Shown piece after piece: positions 1-10,395 of a stretch of 64,000 nt of DNA; the first letter of the stretch is position 1, and every line of letters starts with the position of its first letter. The stretch covers positions 3,264,001-3,328,000 of the forward strand of contig CP170459.1 of NCBI GenBank assembly GCA_047947115.1. The letters run 5' to 3'. The DNA is from Verrucomicrobiota bacterium (GTDB taxonomy: Bacteria > Verrucomicrobiota > Verrucomicrobiia > Limisphaerales > AAA164-E04). Under the pieces are notes generated by a model that saw nothing but the letters and a program-made list of their open reading frames with translations, ran no database searches and was not told where the DNA came from. The position numbers were made by a program, and so were the translations under genes.

Positions 1-327
1 GGTCGGCGGCTCCCGGCGGAAACTCTGGTGGCAGAGAATCCGGTGGACCCTGCTGATGAGCTGCGTCGTATTGTAACCCGTGAGGGCATTGTCAAACGAA
101 GTCGCAGTATTCAATCCCCAACCTACCACCGCCTCGAGGATCCGGATACACATCGCACCATGAATTATCTTTACACGGGACGCCTTCACTTGGAGACCAG
201 CGCCAGCAGCGCTGATTTGGTTCCTTATGAGGGATACAAGATTCGGGTGACCGGACAAGAATCCGTTGATCCACGCTGGCCCAGGATTCCCGTGATTGAA
301 ATCGAAAAGCTGGACTTGGCAGACTAA
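1..327 (+). CDS. Hypothetical protein, 3' part (frame open from window start)
   Basis: Frame 1 is open from base 1 to TAA at 325-327; the stop overlaps the folD ATG (TAATG). Confidence 0.7.
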   Translation, partial: GRRLPAETLVAENPVDPADELRRIVTREGIVKRSRSIQSPTYHRLEDPDTHRTMNYLYTGRLHLETSASSADLVPYEGYKIRVTGQESVDPRWPRIPVIEIEKLDLAD

Positions 328-1217
328 TGTCGGACATGGAAAACTTGATTGATGGCCGTCGCATCGCAGCGACCATACACGATGAGACTGCTGTAAGGGT
401 GGCGCAGTTGAAGGACAAAGGCATCACTCCCGGATTGATTTTTATCCGAGTCGGTGAAGACCCTGCGTCGAAGGTTTATGTCGGCATGAAGGAACGTAAG
501 AGCCAGGAGTTGGGCATTGCGTCGTCCACACAGGTGTTGGATGAGCAGACCAGCCAGGATCAATTGCTTGCCATCATTCGTCAGCACAATGCCGATCCTT
601 CGATCCATGGTATCCTTGTTCAGGCGCCTCTGCCTAATCACATCGATGAAACCGTGATTTATTCCGCCGTGGATCCAGCCAAGGACGTGGATGGTTTCCA
701 TCCTGTGAATGTGGGCAAATTGATGCTCCATCAGCCCGGGGGATTCCTGCCTTGCACACCCGCCGGCGTGCATGAACTGCTGATTCGAAGCAACATCAAG
801 CTCGAAGGCGCGGAAGTGGTCGTGCTGGGGCGGGGGAACATCGTAGGCAAACCGATGGCTGCGATCCTCATTCAAAAAGCCGAACACGCCAACGCCACCG
901 TGACCGTGTGCCATTCAAGGTCCAGGGATATTGTCGAACATTGTCGGCGTGCCGACGTCATCATTGCGGCGCTGGGAGTGCCGCAGTTTGTGAAGGCGGA
1001 CATGGTGAAGGAAGGGGCTGTCATCATGGATGTCGGAGTCAACCGTATTACGGATCCTTCCGCCAAATCCGGATCAAGGCTCGTGGGAGATGTTGATTTT
1101 GAAACCGTCCAGCCCAAGGCGGGAGCCATTACTCCAAATCCCGGTGGTGTCGGCCCCATGACCATTGCCATGCTTATGAAAAACACCGTGCTGGCCGCCG
1201 AGCAGCAATCCAGATGA
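327..1217 (+). CDS. folD: Bifunctional methylenetetrahydrofolate dehydrogenase/cyclohydrolase
   Basis: KDVDGFHP, PCTPAG, GRGNIVGKP, DVGVNR, GDVDF and TPNPGGVGPMT motifs. Confidence 0.97.
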   Translation: MSDMENLIDGRRIAATIHDETAVRVAQLKDKGITPGLIFIRVGEDPASKVYVGMKERKSQELGIASSTQVLDEQTSQDQLLAIIRQHNADPSIHGILVQAPLPNHIDETVIYSAVDPAKDVDGFHPVNVGKLMLHQPGGFLPCTPAGVHELLIRSNIKLEGAEVVVLGRGNIVGKPMAAILIQKAEHANATVTVCHSRSRDIVEHCRRADVIIAALGVPQFVKADMVKEGAVIMDVGVNRITDPSAKSGSRLVGDVDFETVQPKAGAITPNPGGVGPMTIAMLMKNTVLAAEQQSR

Positions 1218-1368
1218 CAAACTGTCGAAAAATGGTGGAAGTTACGCGGTGCTCAGCGTAAGCAAACGCGTCAAAACCTTTGAAAGCAAAACACCATTTG
1301 ACCGCGCTGCAGGCGAGCGGCAGCCCAGCCCTGCCTTTCAAAAAAACAGAATAATTTTTTAAAAAACT

Positions 1369-1818
1369 ATGGAACCATCAAGAATATTGCCGGACCTGCA
1401 GACATCATTGCTTTGTGAAGATGTCCGCCAGGAATCCAATGGAAATTTTATGCTCATCGGGGTGTTGGGGTTGGTGCGGGTGCCGCGCCTGCCTGTGACC
1501 GCCCTCAAACTTTGCGTGTTCAATCGCTGGACCGCTGGATTTGGACAGTTCACGGAAGAAGTGCGCCTGATTTCGCCCGATCAAACCTCGGTGATTCGTA
1601 AGAGCACGGTTAAGTTTGCATTGAAGGATGTGAACACCCACGCGACCAACGTGTCATTGTTCGGTCAGGTTGAGTTCAAGGAAGCAGGAGTTCATTACAT
1701 TGAAGTTCTGGTAGATGAAGTCATGAAATTGCGTTACCCTCTGAATGTGGTTGTGGCCCCGCAGCAGCAACAGGGCGGCCAGCAGCAAGCACCCCAGAAT
1801 CCACCGCAGCAATCCTGA
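1369..1818 (+). CDS. Hypothetical protein (DUF6941-like) with Gln-rich C-terminal tail
   Basis: LLCEDVRQESNGNFMLIGV N-terminus and F..AG.HYIEV pattern; AT-rich upstream region. Confidence 0.7.
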   Translation: MEPSRILPDLQTSLLCEDVRQESNGNFMLIGVLGLVRVPRLPVTALKLCVFNRWTAGFGQFTEEVRLISPDQTSVIRKSTVKFALKDVNTHATNVSLFGQVEFKEAGVHYIEVLVDEVMKLRYPLNVVVAPQQQQGGQQQAPQNPPQQS

Positions 1819-1863
1819 TCGTTCCAACGTGATCCAAGGATCGCCGTTGGCGGGAGCACGAGC

Positions 1864-2721
1864 ATGACTCTTCCCTGCACACCTCGAGGTATCGCGGATT
1901 GGGCTTCACGGCGCAAAACCGCGGTCCTCGTCTATGTGCTTGGCATGGGCTGCCTGGTGGCCACGGTCATGGGGTGGTTTGTCTGGACGCGCTGGCTTCC
2001 GGTCTGGGAGGAAGCTATCGTCTCCTTTCCTCCCGGGAGCCGCATCGAAAAAGAGCAGTTGATGCTCGCATCCGATGCCGGGCAACCCTTGACCGATAAT
2101 CTGTTTTTGTCCTTTGAGTGGATCTCCGATCCGGATGAGGAAAGTGCTTCCACCTCGGACATACGCATCATTTTTCGGTCGAATGAATGCCGGATAGGGT
2201 CGCTGCTCGGATATGTTTCACTACCTTATCCGTATGGATATATCATTGATCTTGATCCGGACAAACTCCAGCCATGGTGGCTGACACGCAGATATTTCTT
2301 CTATCTTGGCGGATGGGGTTTGTTGTGGCTTGGAATGCTGGGCTGTTGGTGGGGCCTGGCAATTGCCTATGCCATTCCGGTTTTTTTGCTGGCCTATTTT
2401 CTGGGTCGGGAAACCGGAGTAAGAACCGTTTTCAGATTGAACCTTATGAGCTTGATGCTGCCTGCTCTGTTTATGTCCACCGCGTTCGTGCTCTACGCCT
2501 TTCGGCGGCTGAATCTGCAGGAATTCCTCACCGCCGGGGTGGTGCACATTCCGATGGCATGGGGTTTGATCTTTCTGTCGACCTTGCGCCTTGATCGCAA
2601 AAAGTCCCTCTCAGATCATTCAACCCCTGCCGGGACGCTTTCTTCCAATCCATTCGGGCATTCCGAATCGGGAGGAAAATCTTCCAGCTACAATCCTTTT
2701 GGAGGAGGGGATAAACACTAA
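1864..2721 (+). CDS. Hypothetical integral membrane protein
   Basis: 285-aa ORF with one N-terminal and several C-terminal hydrophobic segments. Confidence 0.7.
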   Translation: MTLPCTPRGIADWASRRKTAVLVYVLGMGCLVATVMGWFVWTRWLPVWEEAIVSFPPGSRIEKEQLMLASDAGQPLTDNLFLSFEWISDPDEESASTSDIRIIFRSNECRIGSLLGYVSLPYPYGYIIDLDPDKLQPWWLTRRYFFYLGGWGLLWLGMLGCWWGLAIAYAIPVFLLAYFLGRETGVRTVFRLNLMSLMLPALFMSTAFVLYAFRRLNLQEFLTAGVVHIPMAWGLIFLSTLRLDRKKSLSDHSTPAGTLSSNPFGHSESGGKSSSYNPFGGGDKH

Positions 2722-2728
2722 TCCAGAT

Positions 2729-3874
2729 TCAATGCTGATCTGCCAGGTAAAAGGACCGGAGCCCGACCGCTTCGTTCACTTCCGTCAATGCCATCTTCAG
2801 AATATTTAAATCCTCTGGTTGATGCTCTGAGGAAATAGCCAATCGAATGGGGAATCCTTCGCTGATTCCCGGATAACGAACAATACTAGGATAGACCCCG
2901 TGCTGAATGAATGTGTGTTCGATTTCTGCCCGCTTATCGGGATCTTTCATTCGGTCGCCTGCAAATGAAAAGACCGGAAATGAAAGTTTGGCGCCAGGCA
3001 ACTCCTTGGATTGCCTCAACAGCCCATCCATCACCGTCAGGTTATCCTTCAGACGTTGGTGGCGTTCCTGATCCTCGATCAACACCTTCAGTCCGGCAGA
3101 ACAAGCCTCACCTAATCCAACCGGGAAAGGGGTGTGTCCGGACCAGACAGGCGACTTGGATTTGACCGCCTCGATCACCCGATGGCCGCCTACAACCGCA
3201 CCCCCGTGACAACCCAATGCCTTGGCCAGTGAGATGGTTCTGATGATGTTTCTCTCTCCCCAGTCAATCTCCGAACCGGTTCCTTTCCCCCTCACTCCCA
3301 TGACCCCGAATCCGTGCGCATCGTCAATGACAAATCCGATCTTTTCGGAGAGTGACGTGTGGAGATCGGATAGAGGCGCCACCGTGCCGTCCAATCCAAA
3401 CACTCCATCCGTCAAAAGAAAACACCTCGAAGGAACTTTCAATGTGTTACAAATCTCACTGGCCGCTTTCGCATTGCGGTGTTGGTAAGAATGAATTGGA
3501 ATGCCCGAGAGGCGGGCGGCATCCTTCAGACTTGAATGAGCCATACTGTCGATGATCAAGTGTGAAGCGTGTTCTCGAAAAAACTGAGCCAGACTCAGGT
3601 TGGCCAGGTAGCCGGCTCCTGTGAGCACCGCGGATTCGCCGTCCAGGAACGTGGCGAGTTCGGTCTCCAATGTTTCAAAGACTTTATGATTGCCTGTGGT
3701 GTTGCGGGATGCCCCCACGGAAACATGTCCTGTTTGTTGAATAGAAGAATTCAAGCGGCCAAGCACCTCCAGATGGCTGCTTAATCGAAAATAATCGCAA
3801 CCCCCAAAATACAGCAGCGCCTTTCCCTCGAAATCGACCAGCCGCTCGTTAATATGTGACAGGGCCGGACTCAT
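2729..3874 (-). CDS. 8-amino-7-oxononanoate synthase-like PLP-dependent class II aminotransferase (BioF/Kbl family)
   Basis: CDYFRL, GYLAN, HSSL.D, TDGVFGLDG, DDAHG and SLAKALG (PLP Lys) motifs. Confidence 0.88.
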   Translation of the reverse strand: MSPALSHINERLVDFEGKALLYFGGCDYFRLSSHLEVLGRLNSSIQQTGHVSVGASRNTTGNHKVFETLETELATFLDGESAVLTGAGYLANLSLAQFFREHASHLIIDSMAHSSLKDAARLSGIPIHSYQHRNAKAASEICNTLKVPSRCFLLTDGVFGLDGTVAPLSDLHTSLSEKIGFVIDDAHGFGVMGVRGKGTGSEIDWGERNIIRTISLAKALGCHGGAVVGGHRVIEAVKSKSPVWSGHTPFPVGLGEACSAGLKVLIEDQERHQRLKDNLTVMDGLLRQSKELPGAKLSFPVFSFAGDRMKDPDKRAEIEHTFIQHGVYPSIVRYPGISEGFPIRLAISSEHQPEDLNILKMALTEVNEAVGLRSFYLADQH

Positions 3875-3875
3875 G

Positions 3876-5336
3876 TCATGTTCCGCAGAAAGTTGCCTGC
3901 ACCACTTCTTCCGGTTTTGGGGGTGTCTCGAATGCTTCGTATTGGGGGCGGTCCTCGAAAGGCAATCTCAGCGCTTCGCGCAGAGTATGGAATGGCTGGA
4001 AATCATGACGATAGGCGGCTTGAATGGCCTCTTCGACCCGATGGTTCCTTGGAATCACGACTGGATTGGAACCGCGCATGCGATCCAGCGAAGTTTGCTT
4101 GTTTTCCTGCGTTAAACGCGATTGCCACTCTTCGAACCAGCTCATGAATTGAGGTGCATTGCCAAACAACGACATGAATGGGGCGGTGTTGCCGGTTTCT
4201 GCGGATTTTGTGAGATAACGAAAGGTGAGGGTGAAGTCCGCCTTGTGATCCGCCATGAGGTTCAATAGCGATTGGGCAATCTGCCAATCGTCCTGGCTGA
4301 AACTGTCGAGTCCAATCTTGGTGTTGAATCGCCTGGCGAGTGCTTCGGTATAAAGAGTGGAAAACTCACCCAGTACGGGGGTTGCTTTTTCAATCGCCGT
4401 TTCCTGTTTGAGATCGATCAAGGGCAACAAGGTTTCTGCAAATCGTGCCAGATTCCAGTGAGCCATCGAAGCCTGATTACCATAGGCATAGCGTCCCCCG
4501 TGATCGATGGAACTGAATTTTTTATGCGGGTGATAGGTGTCCATGAACGCGCACGGACCGTAATCGATCGTTTCACCTGAAACATTCATATTGTCCGTGT
4601 TCATCACCCCGTGGATGAAACCAAAGGACATCCACTGCGCGATCAGGTTCGCCTGACGCTTGATAACCGAACCGAGCAGGGCAAGGTAGGGTTCCTTTTC
4701 GTTTGCCACATCGGGATACAGACGGTCGATCACATAATCAGCCAGTTGTTTCAGGTGCAGGTGGTCTTCACGAATGGCAAACCATTGAAACGTGCCCACC
4801 CGGATATGTGATTTCGCCACTCGGGTGAAAACGCCTCCTGGTTGAGGGATTTCTCGAAACACCATTTCACCGGTCGAAACCGCCGCCAAAGCCCGCGTGG
4901 TCGGGACCCCAAGCGCCGCCATGGCCTCTGAAACCAGAAACTCACGCACCACCGGTCCCAGGGCCGACAAACCGTCGCCCCCCCGTGAAAAGGGCGTCCG
5001 CCCCGAACCTTTGAGCTGTATGTCACGCCGGATGCCGTCCCGATCAATGACCTCGCCCAGGAGCAGGGCACGTCCATCGCCCAATTGCGGAACCAGGTTG
5101 CCGAACTGATGTCCGCAGTAAGCCATGGCCAAAGGCTCGGCGCCCTCCGGAATCTGACGGCCTGAAAGAATATCAAGTCCTGCTTGCGATTCCAATTGAT
5201 CAGGATCCAACCGCAGTGTTTCAGCCAGATCACGGTTAACACCCACGAATACAGGCTGCTCAGGCGCGGCAGGTCTGACGGGTTCATAAAATGCCGCCGG
5301 CAATCGAATATAGGAATTATCAAAGTCAAACATCAT
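3876..5336 (-). CDS. selO: Protein adenylyltransferase SelO/YdiU family
   Basis: YCGHQFG, LGDGRA, QLKGSGRTPFSRGGDG, GFIHGVMNTDN, IDYGPCAF and terminal FCGT. Confidence 0.95.
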   Translation of the reverse strand: MMFDFDNSYIRLPAAFYEPVRPAAPEQPVFVGVNRDLAETLRLDPDQLESQAGLDILSGRQIPEGAEPLAMAYCGHQFGNLVPQLGDGRALLLGEVIDRDGIRRDIQLKGSGRTPFSRGGDGLSALGPVVREFLVSEAMAALGVPTTRALAAVSTGEMVFREIPQPGGVFTRVAKSHIRVGTFQWFAIREDHLHLKQLADYVIDRLYPDVANEKEPYLALLGSVIKRQANLIAQWMSFGFIHGVMNTDNMNVSGETIDYGPCAFMDTYHPHKKFSSIDHGGRYAYGNQASMAHWNLARFAETLLPLIDLKQETAIEKATPVLGEFSTLYTEALARRFNTKIGLDSFSQDDWQIAQSLLNLMADHKADFTLTFRYLTKSAETGNTAPFMSLFGNAPQFMSWFEEWQSRLTQENKQTSLDRMRGSNPVVIPRNHRVEEAIQAAYRHDFQPFHTLREALRLPFEDRPQYEAFETPPKPEEVVQATFCGT

Positions 5337-5555
5337 GCATCAGGTCCATCGAATATAGGTGCAATTGAGCGAAACGCAAACGGGATCTTCAGGATAAACA
5401 GGTTTTACAGGATGCCAAGTCAAGGAGTAAACACACTACGAAATCCGCCAGCGGTTCCTTTGCTGCGCGAGACTTGTTGAACGCTTTCCTGGATAGAGTT
5501 TTTATTTTTCCTTGCTTTCAATTTGTTCTTTAACAACAAGTGAGAACCCGCTTCA

Positions 5556-6581
5556 TTGTCCACCGTTATGAGTGAAGATGCCCGAATAGTATTCGTGCTC
5601 CTGGTCACCACCTTTTTGGTTGGTCTTGGAATACGGGAATTGAAAAGTGATGACGTGAACAATCCGGTGGCATCAAAGTATGAGTTGGTTGAACATTGGC
5701 CCCAGCTTCCTGGTGGGTTTGTTCTGGGAAATCCTACGGGAGTTGATGTTGATTCAGAGGGGAGTGTCTGGGTGTTTCACCGAAGAAGCAGGCGATGGTC
5801 GGTTCCCATGCCCCAAGCAAAGATCGTGGATAACACCGTGACTCAACTTGATTCCAGCACAGGGCAATTGTTGAAAAGCTGGGGATCAAATCGATTCATC
5901 ATGCCTCACGGATTGATGGTGGACAAAGCGAATCATGTATGGGTCACAGATGACGGCTTGCATCAGGTTTTCAAGTTTGATTCTAACGGTGAATTGCTCC
6001 TGATTCTCGGAGAAGCTGGCGTTTCGGGCCTGGACGATGCCCATTTCAATCTACCCGCCGATGTGGCTGTCTCTTCGGATGGATCGATATACGTTGCTGA
6101 TGGTTATGGTAACAGTCGGGTGGTCAAATTTTCCGCGGAAGGTCGCTATCTGACAGGGTGGGGAACCAAGGGGCGAGGGGAGGATGAGTTTCGGATACCC
6201 CATTGGATTGATTTGGATCGTGATGGTAACATATATGTCGCCGATCGTGAGAATAACCGCATCAAGAAATACAACGCGGCAGGGAGTCTGCTGTCGATCT
6301 GGCAAAACAAAGAGGCCGACCAGTTGTACTCGGTGTCCATGCACCCCAATCTTCCTCGACTATTCGGCATTGATTACGAAATAAGTGAGCAGGGTGAGAT
6401 TCTTGGTTCGGACATCATTCTGTTTGATTTGGATCTTAATCTGAAAGCTCGGGTTGGACGAAGCGGTGGCTTTAATGGGCCGATTTCAAGGTATCACGAC
6501 ATCGTGGTAGACAAACGAGGCAATGTTTATGTCGGGGATATTTTGGGGAATACCATTCAGAAGTTTAGCGTGACTCCGTGA
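5556..6581 (+). CDS. NHL-repeat protein, peptidyl-alpha-hydroxyglycine alpha-amidating lyase (PAL)-like
   Basis: N-terminal hydrophobic anchor; NHL blades (MPHGL.VD, FNLPADVAV, YVADGYGNSRV, YVADRENNRI). Confidence 0.85.
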   Translation: MSTVMSEDARIVFVLLVTTFLVGLGIRELKSDDVNNPVASKYELVEHWPQLPGGFVLGNPTGVDVDSEGSVWVFHRRSRRWSVPMPQAKIVDNTVTQLDSSTGQLLKSWGSNRFIMPHGLMVDKANHVWVTDDGLHQVFKFDSNGELLLILGEAGVSGLDDAHFNLPADVAVSSDGSIYVADGYGNSRVVKFSAEGRYLTGWGTKGRGEDEFRIPHWIDLDRDGNIYVADRENNRIKKYNAAGSLLSIWQNKEADQLYSVSMHPNLPRLFGIDYEISEQGEILGSDIILFDLDLNLKARVGRSGGFNGPISRYHDIVVDKRGNVYVGDILGNTIQKFSVTP

Positions 6582-6688
6582 CAGAAAAATCTCAATGGGA
6601 CACTATGTCAATTTCCTGAATCCCTCTGTTTTGAGAACGTATTGATGAGAATTCGTAGGGTGGGCGGTCAATCCTGTAGAGGGGACGG

Positions 6689-8389
6689 CTACTTGTCGAA
6701 AAGGCTGTCGTAAACTGAATCTATCTGAAATCCATCAACACCCTCTTCGGTAAGGCGCCGAATGTCAGCCTCTGCCTGCTCGAGATGATTTTCTGCTGAG
6801 TAGCGAAATGTGTTGATGGCTGGGAGGACCAACACTCCCGCTGATTTCAACAAAGCGATGTCGCCTGGTTCAAGTTGCCAGGGTAGTCCGAACCAGAATC
6901 GGTGTGTCAGATTGAGGTTCCTCCCTTGTCGCAGTTGTTTCAGTTCGAGGTCGGTTGTGGTGAACCTGACATGCTTCAGAAATCGTCTGGTCTCGTCATT
7001 TCCGGTGATGGATATCGTCGAGGTGTTCAACTGATGTTTGACAATGAGTTGATCGATTGTTTCAAGAAATGATTGGGAATCCCGATCGGTCTTGATGTCC
7101 AGCATCACGCCGAGTCCAAGTTCATGACATGTTTGCAATGCTGTCTCAAACCGTATGATCGAATCCTTGCTATTCAGGTAGGAGATGGATGTCAACTCGT
7201 TGGCTCTGTAATTCTTGACGCTTCCCGGTTTGCCGCAGGCTTTCTCAAGCATGGCGTCGTGGAACACCATAGGGATACCGTCGCTGCTTCTTTGGATATC
7301 GAGCTCGATCATGTCGTAGTGAGAAGCCCCGGCAAGCCGGATGGCGGTCAGGGAACATTCGTGTGATTCGGGTGTGATGATGCCTCCTCTATGGGCAATC
7401 AGTATGGGATGATGACGCGCAATGGAGGCCGGATCATTCAGGTGAATCAGATCCGGATTCTTCCGAGTAGCCGCCTGTGTGGTGTTGATGGCTGCTATTT
7501 GTTTGATAGCTTCGGGTGTGCGCGTTTCCGGGGTGTGGTGCAGTAGCCTTACTTTTCCACGTTTGTTTTCAGCGAAACATGCTCCCTGGAAGACGATTGT
7601 GTCGCTTAGCCTTACGATGCCATAACTGAAATCCGCAGCAGATACACCGACAAGCCTGAAGCTTTCATCGACCTTCAGCAGTCCAGGGTTATCCGGGCTT
7701 CCGTAGCATCCAAACCACCAATGTCCATCCATGTAGCCCGCGGTCTGAATGCCAAGTCGGGTCTGGCTGGTGGGTAAGTCGTGTCGCGCCTGGAATTGAA
7801 ATTGTTCGTCATATTCGAACAGGTAATTCTTTTGGTGATGGCCGGGCAGACCTCCGACCAGAATGAATTTTTTGTCGTGATAGGCGATTCCCCCGCACCC
7901 ATGCACCAATGCCGGGACTGGATGCCTGGATATCCGGTTGAGTGTTTCTGCATCATAAACGTATACCCAAGGATCGGATTCGCCGGCCGGGCGATTAAAG
8001 GATCCCAGTTCAACCGCCACGAAGACCTTGCCGTCGTGATAGGTCAAATCCCCATGATGACTGGCCACATCTATTTTGTTCAGAACTTTTCCGGTGAGAT
8101 CGGTTTTGACCAGTTGCACTGTGTGCGACCAAAAAATGAAATACCCGTCCGTCGCGACACCTTGAAGGTGCCCGCCATAAGTACCCTCACATTCTATCCA
8201 GGATTCGAAAAGGGGATGGTTGCCTTCTTCAAGCCTGGTGGCGGCATGAGTGGAAAAGGATGTCCCTGGCAAAAAGTTCATGCAGAACGCAATGAACGGC
8301 AGTACGCTGAATTTCAATCCAGCAATGATTGAACAAGGTGAACGTCGGATTCGGTGCCGTTTTATGAGTCGTAAGGTATTGGAATTCAT
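6689..8389 (-). CDS. Secreted fusion: N-terminal beta-propeller-like domain plus glycerophosphodiester phosphodiesterase (GDPD) domain
   Basis: C-terminal IAHRG, IELDIQRSSDG..VFHD, LDIK and GVDGFQID motifs; start codon uncertain. Confidence 0.8.
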   Translation of the reverse strand: MNSNTLRLIKRHRIRRSPCSIIAGLKFSVLPFIAFCMNFLPGTSFSTHAATRLEEGNHPLFESWIECEGTYGGHLQGVATDGYFIFWSHTVQLVKTDLTGKVLNKIDVASHHGDLTYHDGKVFVAVELGSFNRPAGESDPWVYVYDAETLNRISRHPVPALVHGCGGIAYHDKKFILVGGLPGHHQKNYLFEYDEQFQFQARHDLPTSQTRLGIQTAGYMDGHWWFGCYGSPDNPGLLKVDESFRLVGVSAADFSYGIVRLSDTIVFQGACFAENKRGKVRLLHHTPETRTPEAIKQIAAINTTQAATRKNPDLIHLNDPASIARHHPILIAHRGGIITPESHECSLTAIRLAGASHYDMIELDIQRSSDGIPMVFHDAMLEKACGKPGSVKNYRANELTSISYLNSKDSIIRFETALQTCHELGLGVMLDIKTDRDSQSFLETIDQLIVKHQLNTSTISITGNDETRRFLKHVRFTTTDLELKQLRQGRNLNLTHRFWFGLPWQLEPGDIALLKSAGVLVLPAINTFRYSAENHLEQAEADIRRLTEEGVDGFQIDSVYDSLFDK

Positions 8390-8487
8390 GATGGCTGAGA
8401 GATGATCATCCTACGGTTTATGCGATGACTCAAGCATTTGTGATATCTCCGGACTGCTTGCGCTTGATGTATCCCTTTTCCTGATCT

Positions 8488-10197
8488 ATGCATGAAGCCA
8501 TGAAACCAGTCACCTTGTTCCACATTTTGCTTGCTGCATTTCTCCATTCTTGGGTGCAAGCATCCGGTAAACCCAACGTGGTGATCGTTTTAATAGATAA
8601 CCACGGCTATTTTGAACTCAGCAGAAACGGTCATCCCGTGGTTCGAACTCCACACATCGACAGGCTTTCCGAAACGGGAGTCAACTTTACCGATTTCAAC
8701 GCCTCTCCTTTTTGTTCGCCCAGCCGGGGAGAACTCTTGACGGGCCGCTATGCCCTTCGCTATGGAATTCATAATACGGTGGGTGGCGTTTCCATTCTCC
8801 ATCAAAATGAAACCACCATGGCGGACCTGTTGAAATCCGCCGGATATAGAACAGCGGTGTTCGGCAAATGGCACCTTGGCATGTCGCACCCGTATACACC
8901 TGATTGTCGTGGTTTCGACGAACACTACATCCACGGTGGAGGTGGTGTGAGTCAATTGGAGGATTACTTCGGGAACAATCATATGGATGCCACCTACACT
9001 CACAATGGGCAGTATGTGAAATCGAGGGGGTTTTCCACCGACGTGTTGTTCGATCAGGGAATCGACTTCATGAATCGAAATCGTGAGCATCCATTTTTTT
9101 GTCTGATCACCACTCCTGCGGTTCATTTTCCAACACTGCTTCACCCCGAAACAGGCAAACGTCTCAAAGAGCGCGGAGTTTCCGATGAAAAGCAGCTGCC
9201 CATCTGGTCCATGATTGAAAACGTGGATGACAATGTGGGACGTCTTGTGGATTATCTTGAAAAAAGTGGACTGAAGGAGAATACCCTGCTTTTCCTGATG
9301 TCTGATCAGGGTGTGAATGACCGGGGTGTCATACATCGGGCGGGAGAGGGAACACAACGAGGTGTTCAATACGATGAAAAACATCAGGTCTACTGCATGG
9401 TTCAATATCCGCAGTTGACGGACGCAAAACCCGGAGATCGCTCGGAATTGACCGGCATGGTGGATGTGTTGCCCACGGTGCTGGATGTATGCGGATTGGC
9501 TCTGCCGCATAACTTGGATGGGAAAAGCATGAAACCGCTTCTGGCTCACCGTACAGGTTGGAACGACGAACGTAAACTGATCATTCAATGCCCACGGGCG
9601 AGAGATCGTTCAAAATGGGGCAATGTGTCGGTCAAATACAAAAAATGGCGACTGGTCGATGGAAAGGAACTATACAACATCGCAGAGGATTACGGCCAAA
9701 CGAATAATGTCATCCATCAGCATTCGCGATTGACGAAGGAATTGAGTGATGCTTACGAAACGTTTTGGGCTTCACTTCCACCCCAAAGGGAATTGTTGTC
9801 GGCGCATGTGCTCGGAGCCGAGGAAGCAACTTTCGTGAGATTAAACGGAATGGACTGGTATGAAGGCGGCCATCCATGGCCACAACAGGCCCTGGCAAAA
9901 CGCAATCAACAAGGAAAGTGGCGCGTGGAAATCGCAAGGGATGGAAACTACCGGTTTGAACTGCGCCATTATCCGCGTGAAGAACCTCGCCCAGTATTGG
10001 CAATGAAAGCCAGCGTTCAAATCGGGGAGCAGAAAAGGAGTGTTTCTCTTGATTTGACAGCCACGCACGCATTGTTGGAGTTATCGCTGAAGAAGGGAAC
10101 CTTCGATATGATGACAACCTTTCAACATCCGGTTGGACATGATGGAGACCCTGAGTGGGGTTCCTACTATGTTTATGTGGATTACCTGGGGCAATGA
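8488..10197 (+). CDS. Arylsulfatase (FGly-dependent, S1 family)
   Basis: Signal peptide, KPNVVIVLID, CSPSRGELLTGR (CxPxR), GKWHLG. Confidence 0.95.
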   Translation: MHEAMKPVTLFHILLAAFLHSWVQASGKPNVVIVLIDNHGYFELSRNGHPVVRTPHIDRLSETGVNFTDFNASPFCSPSRGELLTGRYALRYGIHNTVGGVSILHQNETTMADLLKSAGYRTAVFGKWHLGMSHPYTPDCRGFDEHYIHGGGGVSQLEDYFGNNHMDATYTHNGQYVKSRGFSTDVLFDQGIDFMNRNREHPFFCLITTPAVHFPTLLHPETGKRLKERGVSDEKQLPIWSMIENVDDNVGRLVDYLEKSGLKENTLLFLMSDQGVNDRGVIHRAGEGTQRGVQYDEKHQVYCMVQYPQLTDAKPGDRSELTGMVDVLPTVLDVCGLALPHNLDGKSMKPLLAHRTGWNDERKLIIQCPRARDRSKWGNVSVKYKKWRLVDGKELYNIAEDYGQTNNVIHQHSRLTKELSDAYETFWASLPPQRELLSAHVLGAEEATFVRLNGMDWYEGGHPWPQQALAKRNQQGKWRVEIARDGNYRFELRHYPREEPRPVLAMKASVQIGEQKRSVSLDLTATHALLELSLKKGTFDMMTTFQHPVGHDGDPEWGSYYVYVDYLGQ

Positions 10198-10395
10198 ATT
10201 ATTCTGACACTCAGTCAAGCCAAGCCACGAAACAGGTGGACTGGCCCCACGCGTTCCGAACTTTGGGTATTTTTTAAATTGTGATCCTCACGTCCGCTGC
10301 GCCAGGATCGCCTTGACACAGAGGTAGTTTTGAAGTCGCGATTGAGCAGTCCTTTTAAAGCCGCTATGTAGCCTGTCACTGAAGAAAGCGAGCCA

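Noticed and set aside
8590..9588. 332-aa minus-strand ORF (and similar long antisense ORFs such as 59133..59969 and 52664..53362)
   Set aside because: These fully overlap well-supported genes on the opposite strand and show no motifs.
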